Below, in pieces: positions 53,434 to 64,000 of a DNA stretch of 64,000 bases. Each line of letters starts with the position of its first letter. Positions within the stretch are counted from its first letter, which is position 1. The notes under the pieces were generated by a model. The model saw nothing but the letters and a program-made list of their open reading frames with translations. It was not told the origin of the DNA and did not search any database. The stretch spans positions 4,473 through 68,472 of the forward strand of contig NMRA01000791.1 in the NCBI GenBank assembly GCA_002633005.1, read 5' to 3'. The translations under genes and the position numbers were made by a program. The DNA comes from Phoronis australis (lineage: Eukaryota; Animalia; Phoronida).

Positions 53434-53552
53434 GGGTGCATGTTTGAACACACACGATATAGGTCAGTGCAATGGTTGGGCCACCAAAGGAGAGTGCGAA
53501 AAAAACAGGACATGGATGCATACGAACTGTGCGCTGGCTTGCGGCGTCTGTA
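53434..53552 (+). CDS. ShKT domain exon 1
   Basis: CLNTHDIGQCNGWATKGECEKNRTWMHTNCALACGVC, six-Cys ShKT pattern; ttccaag|...A|gtaagc. Confidence 0.9.
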
Positions 53553-53950
53553 GTAAGCTATGGATTCTTTAGAGTTTAGAAGATTAAATGAAAAACTTAA
53601 GCTACTAACTCTAACGCTGACTTGTTAGATGCCGTTCCCTTTGAATTCTGTCCACTCATTTCTCATTTTCATGTCAGGTTTGATGAAAGTTTAAGGTGAC
53701 GTTTTGTATCGCTTGGTATGAGATATCTACTGGTAAAATAATAAGTTTTGTATTGCTTGGTAATTGCAGCAATTATATGCCGTTATTCAAAAATAAATTT
53801 TGCATTCTCTTAATGGACGCTTTTCGACTATAGTCGCGCCTTAAGTCTTGGCTTTTCGCCAGAATCTGATATTTTTCACACCACGTGTATTCAAACTTGT
53901 ATCATCTGAGTTCACCGCAGCAGACTCATTCCATCGATTTTCTTTTTAAG

Positions 53951-53983
53951 GCACTCATCCACCGCCAACAGTACCACCAACAG
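53951..53983 (+). CDS. 33-nt Pro/Thr linker micro-exon
   Basis: ttttaag|GC ACT CAT CCA CCG CCA ACA GTA CCA CCA ACA G|gtaact = STHPPPTVPPT; phase 1 to 1. Confidence 0.8.
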
Positions 53984-54843
53984 GTAACTATGTTCGCGGC
54001 ATTCACACTGCCAATTAAATGTATTCTTCCAAGTAAACTGCCCGTAAAACTAATTAAACGTTGAATAACGTCTACAAAAAGAAAAATCGTTTCTTATGCA
54101 TGACCAGGGTGTGATCAATCAGGACAAAAACACTGATTAACTCCATTCAGACAGTTGTTGAATTCCTTTGGACGCCTCCATCGGCACTTGTTCACAATAA
54201 TGCACTGTACATTTCACATGAAAACAAAACTACATGTATTTAGTCGATTCAGATAAGTTCTGACTTTCATCGCATTTTATGAATCAACTGGCAATAAAGT
54301 AGCTTTTGTAAGCAATTCTTGTCTGTCGCAAAAGAGTGTCTGTAAGACCAGGTTTTATTTCCTTAGACCCAAGATCTTGTAGAACGAAGTTAACGTATCA
54401 CGTGCTTCGCTTAAACTACATGGGAGTGTCTCGCGAAGTATTACATGATATTGCGTTTTTGGGTCTACGAAACTCACCCCTGAGCGAGATTTACATGATG
54501 ATTGCAAGACATGTGCGTGGAAATTTTGTTGCAATCTGTAGTTATTTGTGATTGGTTTTGACGTAAAATATGGCTGGCATTGAAAGTTGTGGCTTGCGAG
54601 ACTGGCCATTAACACTTCACTGTAAAAAAACAGTCACGCGTTTAACCAAAACGATATTTGTTCAGGTATGTACATGTAGGCTACACGACTAAGAGCCATT
54701 GAAAATGTATCTGTCACCAAAACGACTTTGTAACCATTCGTATTTGTTCTCTAGTTCTACTTGCTTGTTATAAATCCACTTCATCGTCATTTTTAAATAT
54801 TAAGCGTTCACCTGTGCACTAATTGTTCTGATATTTCCACCAG

Positions 54844-54963
54844 TGGGCCCTTGTGGGAACAAACACAACACAGAGGAGTGTGTTTCATGGGCTGACAGTG
54901 GCGAATGTGACAAGAACCCCAACTGGATGCACGTTAACTGCGCACTGGCCTGCGGAAAATGTA
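54844..54963 (+). CDS. ShKT domain exon 2
   Basis: caccag|TG...A|gtaagt; GPCGNKHNTEECVSWADSGECDKNPNWMHVNCALACGKC. Confidence 0.92.
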
Positions 54964-57900
54964 GTAAGTGTAAAGTTCCTGGCCCGAATTCAAAGGGTGC
55001 CTGAACACCTACGTGTATAGTTGATGTTTTGGTATTGCGACACTGGAGAAATATAAACTGGCTTCTATGCTTATCGATAGTTAGATCACCCTCTGCCGGA
55101 GTCGTGATTTTGGATTCGCGACTGAGTTCACTGTAGAGTCGGAATACACGCCTCTTGACGTCATCTGAAACCGATCAAGAGCTTCCCGTGGTTTCCCAGC
55201 ATCACCTGATCAACTGAAATAGACGGGTATTCTTTTTACAACCACCTTGCGTCAAGTAAAATATGTCGAGATCTTTCATTTTTCACCAACGCCACCTGAC
55301 GACAGGCTTTGGGGGTTTCCTATCCATGCGGACCTCGACCATAACCAGTTTTAGTATTTTTGGCCTTGTACTTGCTTTTATAAAAGTTTAGTCATTGGCC
55401 GTTTGAGATCAAATATTTCGTCCTTCGTCATTGGCGCTTGAATGACTACATGTGTGTACATGTATCTGTGCGTAAACATTGAACTCTAGCCCTGGAATGC
55501 CAAATTCGGTTTCGAGCTCTGAGTCTGCGCCGCGTACATGTATGCGTGGCATTTGTTTGCGTTGGTTTATTCCGGTGTTGATTGTATTCCTTTTGAATTT
55601 GCTGGCAACAAAACTTTTCGCATCTTTTCGCCGTTTTCAAACGAATCGCATCAGAGTCATATCATTAGAAAGCTCTTCATGAGTTCGTGATGTGGAATGT
55701 TTTTTCCAGAAGCAAAAGGTAAATAATTTATTTCATTAATAGTTATCATTTCGCGTATCTTATAGGCTTAAAAACACTTTTTAATTCTAAAAACCATGAT
55801 TGTTAACAAAATGCGAAAAATAACAGGGTGTAACAATAATATAAAAATGAACTATAGAGGTTATCGAAATTACTAAGTAAACAATCAGGGGATGATTCAA
55901 AACATTTCTATTAAGACCAAGATTTTTAGAATGCGGATCCCTCACAGTTGCTGTGAAGCATTTAGTCAGGGATTCATTCTACATTAGATGGACCTTTGAC
56001 CCCGTTTGACACACTTCTTCAGTAAAAATTCAGGATGCAGATATTAACAAAAATGTGATAAACTAAATACTTCAACTACCTATCCGAAATTTGCAAATAA
56101 AAGGTTTCTGATACATAAAAAATAGCAAACTTCTATTGTGTAGGTTTGAAAGATATTCTGGATAGATCATTACATAGGTTGCAGTGTAGGACTTTCCTCA
56201 TTTCTTCAGAAAACAAAAAATTAATGATCCTGACACATGGAGTGTGTCTTACTGTAAACAAGAGAGGTTGGAACACATGTTATGATTTCTGTGTTAGTAA
56301 AGACCGTGGACTCTTGAAAATAACAATATTCATGTAAAACTGAGAAATGAACACCTGTTCTACAAGTGTCAACACCCGAGAATAAAAGCAACGGGATAAC
56401 TGGATTGAAAAGCGGGACTTCTGGATAAAAAGCGGGGCATCTGGTTCTTTACGAAAACGCATGGGAGAAATGTTTACCGCAACACACATAAACGTCCCGA
56501 TGGAGTTTTTTGTGGAACGGGCGCCGTTACACCCAAAATTGCACGGCGACATTTTTTTATTTTTTTAAGTCGAATGTGCAATTTCGGATGCCTCAAAACT
56601 ATTTTTAGGAAAATAGTGCGGTGTCGCGTGGTAATTTACAGTCACTGTATTACATGTATATGATAATATGCCAGTATCGCCATGAGTCAAAAAGCGGGAC
56701 ATTTTGATGGTGTGACGGGAAGGCGGGAAAATTCGAGAAGGGATAGTATTTTTTTAAACTTTATTTCACGGCACAGACTGAAATAGATTTAACAAATAGT
56801 ATCTGGACAACAGGTAAACATTGCACAAGTGAATTACATTAGAAGCTATCAAAAAACTCTTAGTAGGTAGTCTAATAAGTTGTCAGTAGTGGTTCCTACA
56901 CTGAAGACTAGTCCCGGTATCCGGCCAGGGCCACGGGTTGGTGCGTACATGTACTGTACAAAGAATGACCAATGTAATTGTTGGTTTTGTTGACTGATTT
57001 TGCAGAGAAAGAGCTGGTTGTCTAGAATCGTGGGCTTGACAGTATGGCTTGATGAACAAAAATTTCAAAATGAAAATGAAACAATGAAATTGGGCTTGAT
57101 TTGAGAACTACAAACATAGACATCTTATCCTATAGACCGCGCGCACGCGGTACTGCGGCTGACAACTTGACGCCATATTGGAGAGTACTACTAGTCACGT
57201 GACACGACTTATTGCCGTGTAAACGAACGGGGTAAATTGTGCTTTTTCAAAGCGCGATATCTAACAAATAAAGAGGCCGAAGAATGTGATTGATGTTTTC
57301 CAGAAATATACAAAAACATGTGATGTAGCACTTACATGCGTTTTTAAGAGTTAATCAGTCGATAGGAAAAATGCCAAACTATTAGGAGATCGCAACCTTG
57401 GCAGATTTTCGAGTGGCCTGAGCGGCTGCACGCCTGTCAATCCACTGCGAGCGTTTTATTTTTTCGATTTGTCAAGAGAAACCACTAAGATAGCGCAAAT
57501 TAATCATTTGATCCGTGTCGCTCGATGCAAATACATTATATCTAGTAGAGTGCCGCTCACCCGTGGTGCGCCAATAAGTCTTTTCACTGAGTGTTAAACA
57601 ATGACCGCGGGTAACTTTGTAAAATTAAAATATGACCCGGGTCGCTTTTAACGGGGTCTAAATTTAGTGTGAACAGCTGTGAAAAACTGACCTCATTGGG
57701 GTCATATAAATAATTGACAGGTTTTTAAGGTTCATTAGGGCGTTCTCCAGTGCCATGACTTTACCAGACGTACAGCGGTTGTGAGCGTGTGATAGTCTTA
57801 ACTTCGATTGTATTGTTGGGCGATTTTGGTGATTCAAAAACTTTAAGCATGACCGGTATTTGAGGGTTAATTCAGAAATGTCATGGGCTAATGTTCAAAC

Positions 57901-58799
57901 ATTTCATAACTTAACTTTTTTCTTACACCACAGACCAGTGAGCTAATGAGATATGATCTTATTGGAGCTTAGAGGAACTATCGAACAAAAAAGAGCTGAT
58001 CCTCCAACCCTAATTGCCAGAATGGACTTAATGAGTCGTAAGCGTAAGATATTGGCTACAGCGGTCATTCGCCCAACTTGTGCTACACAGCCTAACAAGT
58101 TAGACTAAACGGGAGAACTACGTAATGTAAAAACCAAAGAACACAGACTCATTTCCTGTCCTATTTATCGCATACATTCTTCACTCACGCACGGTATTTC
58201 TCTTTCACGGATCTGAAGCCCCCCCCAAGCACCAGGCACTTGTCGGCGTCTTGTAGTATCCCTACATCGTGTACATGTAATTATGTGCTCACATAGAGAT
58301 CAGCCCCGCTTCCTCACATTATTTCGAACCGTTCCTATCCAATAACCCCCCCCCCTTAATGTCTGATATACGTACTGCGCGTCCATCAGCCGCCGAGAAA
58401 TTTAAATAAATTCTTCTCCCACGCACGCTTGGCCTCAGTTCGCACGGTTCCAAATTTGACTTTTATAGTCTTCATACAGTTCAGTAGCCAGAAATTGAAT
58501 CCTGGCACGAGCACTGTAAAACTGGCCAGTTGCCAAGTTGGGCAACTGAACGAAGGACTGTTCGAAAAATTGTGATTGTTTTCGCTTAAGCCCAGCTTCC
58601 CCACATCATATTCCTGGTCTGCACGCCACTCAGTACTTTCACTCCCTAATTGCGGATTATATTGAAAAAGCAAGATTTCTCTTGCTGCGCGTTACTCAGA
58701 CGACTCCAGACCTAAACATCCGTGTATCGAACATTGTTGAAAGATCGCCAATTGCGGGTATCGTGTCTGCTTATTCCAACCCCCTATTGCGGTGGAACC

Positions 58800-59215
58800 C
58801 AGTGGCGGATTTAGAAGACCCCCCTAAAATTCTCCCAGATTCCATTTGGCAGTTCGGAGGTGCGAAAGTCCGACGGGCAAAATCCTGGCTAATACATGCG
58901 TGCACACACAGGGAGGGGGGGGGGCTCAGGGACTCGAATGAGGCCCCCCATTTGACCAAGTGGGCAGAAATGTCCTTCTCAGAGAAACAAAAAGTCTGAG
59001 GAAACGAGACAAAAGTCCACAGGAATTCGTCGCAAATGCACAATGCACGGGGTTGAACCTAGTATCCCGTTTTTTAGTACTCGTCTTCTTGTTCAAGTAA
59101 TAGGTCCACATGACCGCCAAATTCGAGTCCCCCCTCTATATTTTAGGCTAGGTGCGCGTATGTGACCCTCTGCCTTGCCCCCCTCCCCCTAAATAAAATT
59201 CTGGATCCGCCCCTG
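58800..59215. mobile_element. MITE with CAG(T/G)GGCGGAT TIRs and apparent 5-bp TSD GAACC
   Basis: gaacc|CAGTGGCGGATTTAG...CTGGATCCGCCCCTG|gaacc. Confidence 0.7.
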
Positions 59216-60675
59216 GAACCGTTGAATAATGACGCTACGGGTTTTCACGGACGCGAGGTCATTTTTTATGAGCTAAAAAATCTTCACATTAAATTTAGAC
59301 CCTGTAAAAACACTACACGGGGTCACTATTTAATGCTACACCGGCTCGGTTGGGTAAATTCCCAGTCGGTTTCGATGAGAAATTTTGTATTTTGGGTATA
59401 GGTCGGGTGCACAGTTCAGTTGCAAAGGTTTGATATTTTGGTTACTATGCACTTTACTTTTTTTGCGCAAGTTTTGAGTCACAAAACAAAGAGCTTGTAA
59501 GCAAGCAGTGCAAATCGACAAAATTTGAAATATCATCCTTAACATGAGTACATATTTTGCAAGGATATGTTTGTTTTAATAAGACAGAAGAAATATGGTT
59601 TTGTAATACTTATTAAGAAATGAGTTATTAAAGCAGTATATATTTAAACAAAGAATACATTATTTACTTAGATGTACTGAATTTGATGGCTGGCGAGTAG
59701 GTTCGGGAATGTGAATTTTCAGAAGAGGTTAAACACGTATGATTGTCATTGATACCAAGTATTTAGGCCTACTTCAGCACAATTAGCAAAACGCATCATC
59801 ATTGGAGAACAGCATAATCTGGTCAATATTTATTATTTAATTGATCTTATATGGTCTCAATCAGCAAGACTGATGCGGAGAAAAGGCATAATCGTTCCGT
59901 CTAAACATGTGCGGTGTAGCACTAAAAAAGTGGGGTGCTAAGGCCCCCTCATGCAGCCCCCATGTGGTGCACCGCCTATAGACCATGTGAGGTCTAGCAC
60001 TAAAAAGCGGGGGGCTTTAGTCCCTGCGCCCTATTAGGGACTTCGGAAATGAAACTGGGCTCGCTATTTTCGACGATTTGAAAAGATTGTTTTCGGCAAG
60101 TGCTGTGTAGACAATAAGTAAAAACGATAGTTAAATCCGGGTCTTTAATGAATATGCTTTATTCGAAGTTTTGGAATTTTGACGCGATTGGATATTCCAG
60201 CTGCCCCGAGTTAGTGCGCTGGCTACTACGCTATATAACGACGAGATTGGGTTATGCGTGCATATAACAACGAAAAATTTTGGCAGTCTTTTTAGTGAAA
60301 CAAAACCTCGAACAATCTGCCTACTGGTCAGTTTTCATGTGGACATGCAGTGTCTAGATGGCTGTGTAACCTGTCTTGCGGTGTCAGTCTAGATAGGCCA
60401 AAGAGAAGTGTCTCATTACACACAATTGTAAGGTACATGTACATGTATATCCGTTAGAGAGTAGCAGCGTACTTTCAGCTTAAGCACGCTTAAGATAAAC
60501 TTTGCAGGTGCACTTTCATTTATTTTGCTTGTCCTCGTGATATTTACATTCAATACATGTGCACAGCAGAGACTTTATGGTTCCGGAACACACAACGATA
60601 TACAACGTATTTTACGATGAAAAACGTTAAAAGTGTTAAAAAGGCGCTCAAGATTGAGCTTATACTTTTGTCCGT

Positions 60676-62620
60676 CAGTCCTGTAATCTGGCATCCTCAA
60701 CCTCCTCTGGCTCGTTCTTAGCTTGAAGGTAAGTGGTATTAATTTAATCATTACGCATTACGGACATATCAATAATAGTTGGAAAATGCAACGTCACAAA
60801 CAAAATGTGACTGTGAGCCAAGGTGGTGACACTAGAAGGCTTAACATCGTCCAGTGCCAGTGGAATGTCTTCACCCATGCTGGCCAGACCACTGCTCTGA
60901 AATTTTATTGTGTCCTTCTCAACAGTTTCATCTATTAACGTGTACTCTATAAGATTTACAGTATGAGAAGAAATGGCATCTTGGGGCAACTTAGCGAAGC
61001 TGTGCAAATTTGCATCTTCTAGACTTTTACTTTCGACGCTGCCTGGTTTGCTGTATAGAGTCTCAGATGGGGAGCGTCGTGAGTCCTGTGCAAACATTTC
61101 GCCAATCGCAGAGGAAATTGTAGGCTCAGTCGAATCACTGAAATCTGTCAGTGTGATGTCGTCTAAGTGGCGACTTCCAACGTTTATACTTCCAGACTGC
61201 TCGAATTTCCCCTTACTATAATCATTGTGAGTGAATTCAACAATACTTGAAGAGTGTATGACTTCCTTTCGAACATCTTCAACGTAGCCTGGCTTGTTTA
61301 TGCCTTCCAGTTTACCGGCTTCTTTCTCCCCAGTATCAATCATACATGTAGAGCTACGGCGGATGATTTCTGAAGCAGCTATTTCAATAGAGAAAAAAAA
61401 TGCACCGTAAGGCAACCCATGGAGATCACAATCTTCGGCATCCGCAGGAATTTAATCAATATTTCGTATTTCGATGCAATTTTCTTCCTCGGGTGCAATA
61501 ATAGGGATTTGGCTTGCCAATAACTCTGGCAGCTCTGTCTTTCCATAGACATTCTTCTTCAGCAATTCATCCTTGTCTGTGGAAATGTAGTAAACTTCCT
61601 CAGAAACTCTAGACTCGGTCGACTTGGCGGCGTCTTCAAAGTGGTGACCTTCAACGCTTTTACTTTTAGATTTCAAGACTTTTTTCATACCAGCAGGGAA
61701 ACAAGCGATATCTGACGATTGCATGACTTCCTTTCGAACATTGTCAACGTCAATTGGTTTGTTTCTGTCATCCAGTTTCGTAATTTCTCCCACTCTACCA
61801 TCAGAGTTACTGATTGGCACTTTTGTTGAATTTGGGAGGTCCGTCTTTTGATGGTCATTAGTCTTCCACATCCCATCTTTCTTTGTAGAAATGGAGCACA
61901 CTTTCTCCGAAACTGTAGACTCAGTTGTCTTAGTAAAACCAGACAGTGTGGCGTCATCTAAGTGGTCATTTTGAACGGGATTTGCTTTCGGATTTCAAAT
62001 TTTTTCCTCACTACAAGCCTCATCAGCAAGCCCAGTGGTACTTGACGGCTGAATGACTTCTGTTGAAAATCTTCGTCGTCGCCTGGTTTGTTTCTACCGT
62101 TCAATTGCATGACTTCTCTCCCTTTAACACCAGGGTAATCAGTAGGATCTTTCTGTTGATTTGTTAGATCAGTATTTTCATGGACATTCTATTTTACATG
62201 TACATTCTTTTCGTTCTCTGTGGAATCGCGGGTTACTTCCTCCGAAGTGTTTCTTTCACATTTTGCGTCCTCTTTGTAGATGCTTGTCGAGTTTCCGATT
62301 TCGCACTCGACTTCACACTCCGTGACATGCCCACCAAGGTCCGTTGATTTACGGACAGTGTTTGCCTTTTTGCGGCGTGATGCTATCGCAAGAAGACAAC
62401 ACAAATCTGTTACGCACCTGACATAAGAATCCATTAATTTGGTGTCAGCTTCTGCTTTGTTAACAGTTCTGCACGTGTCAGACGTGTCTCCTGGCCACTC
62501 GCTATTCACTGCCGTGGTTCCAGAGGCGTCTTTGTTGCCAAAAGACACAATGAGCGGAAATTTCCTCGTGACAGGGTAAATTTTCTTGGTCTTTCTCAAC
62601 ATAATTCGCAAAATAAAGTG
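60676..62620 (-). pseudogene. Frameshifted remnant of a large exon encoding an acidic, Ser/Thr/Lys-rich protein with internal repeats
   Basis: Successive minus ORFs (62189-62611, 61452-61901, 60744-61415) share repeated blocks such as EDVRKEVIHSS / DNVRKEVMQSS and HLDDITL / HFEDAA / HLDDATL. Confidence 0.55.
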
Positions 62621-63919
62621 GATAAACCATAACTTTTATAAAATTTCGTATGAAACTGTGAGCCATTCCCGGCTTCATTTTGCAGAATTTGAAAATTGCA
62701 TACGTCACGAATAATTCGACGTCACCAATTGTACACGTCAAATGCCAACAACCAGGAATTTCCGAAAATATAGACTCACCCCAAAGCAAGTACGTCCATT
62801 GGCGAATTTTTGAAAACCTTAAAAAAGTACAACCATGTGCGTATTTTCGGTACGGTTAGCATGTCTTGAAAATCGGACGGACCCGTTTTATGTATGTAAT
62901 GTGTTTTGAAGTAAAGATTTGTTTTGGCGAAACATTATATTTTGGGTCTCGCGATTTCACTCAATTGACTATCATTTATCGAGATGTTGATTTTGGTGGT
63001 AACTAAGATTATGAAGGACAATTCTAACAAACTGTGTTTGCCTAATGAGAAATAAGTATGGAAGAATGAAATTCTTACCAGTGAGATACAATTACATGCA
63101 TTAAAAAGAACGTGTTTTGTTAAAAATTCACTCATATGTTTAAAGATACATAAAATGTTTGAACGTTTCGGAAAATATGCCCGCCTTCTTTCCGAAAATA
63201 CGGCTGACTGGCTACATAATGGGTTTCCTTTGACGTTTTTCCATTGGCCAGTTTTCGTACACAGTCTGACCATCTTGTTTCGACAGGGTCGGTTTCATAT
63301 TGCGATTCATTTGAACTAATATGAGTTAGTTTGTAAGGATGGCAAGTTGTCTGGTATGAAGTGCACGTGCGATATTTTAGAGTGCAAACCACAGTGACAA
63401 GTTTGCATTACTTTACGCCCATGTCCAACTATGGTGAAAAAACATAAAAACCTAGTGTCAGCTCCATGGCCGAACCAAAACAGCCATGACTCAAACACAG
63501 GACAAAAAAACTCTTTGGCTGAAAGCATAAGACTGCGAGCCCCCTGATTTTCTGAATGATGCCGTAGGACTCCCAGTGTTTTCGGCCAGTTTTGTCCTGT
63601 GTAGCACTCTCCAATATGGCGTCATATTGACAACGCGAGCTGCATGTATCTGAGAGGCGCGTGCCCGGCCTGGATAGCTATGACCACAAAACTCGATCAA
63701 AACTCAGCAAGCAGACAGCTGGAAATTCACTGTGCAAACTGTTGCGGATAGTCTCGGGGTTGCAGGCTCTACTAATATATATAGAATACAATGCTTACGT
63801 GCGGGAGTTGCATTCCAGCTGACACCGCGTTAAATTATCTGATCGCATTTCGTCAAACCGCAAAGCACGAATGAATGTTAATAACCATACATGTATATAT
63901 GATTGAGTGAGAAATCCTT

Positions 63920-63961
63920 GTCTCTCTCTCTCTATCTCACTCAATCTCTCTCTCTCTCACG

Positions 63962-63992
<31 letters not shown>

Positions 63993-64000
63993 TCCCTCTC
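63920..64000. repeat. (TC)n microsatellite
   Basis: Imperfect TC dinucleotide run to the window end. Confidence 0.95.

Larger units (their letters stand above)
17654..54963 (+). other. Span of a multi-exon astacin-family zinc metalloprotease gene (astacin-EGF-CUB-EGF-TSP1-MAM-ShKT-ShKT); 5' and 3' ends not located
   Basis: 17 exons with AG/GT boundaries. Splice phases chain consistently except at one junction (see findings). Domain motifs appear in a coherent order. Confidence 0.93.

Overview
Repeat-rich genomic DNA from a draft animal assembly, probably a marine invertebrate (spliceosomal introns, N gaps, two haplotype-like duplications joined at single Ns). Most listed ORFs are spurious. 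The main gene is a + strand astacin (M12A) metalloprotease, which I traced by hand through 17 GT-AG exons (17654-54963, about 840 aa; first and last exons not confidently found). Its architecture is prodomain-RKKR-astacin-EGF-CUB-EGF-TSP1-MAM-Pro/Thr linker-ShKT-linker-ShKT. Introns and flanks carry decayed mobile elements: Ty3/Gypsy, a Hero-like non-LTR element, Sola3, Kolobok elements, Penelope-like fragments, a recurrent TGACC-ended TIR element and MITEs. The most unusual signal is in the 3' UTR of the Hero-like element: all hammerhead-ribozyme core nucleotides in a scrambled strand order, linked through a consensus kink-turn. A frameshifted acidic repeat-protein remnant lies at about 60.7-62.6 kb on the minus strand. 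All calls come from manual reading; no database searches were run.
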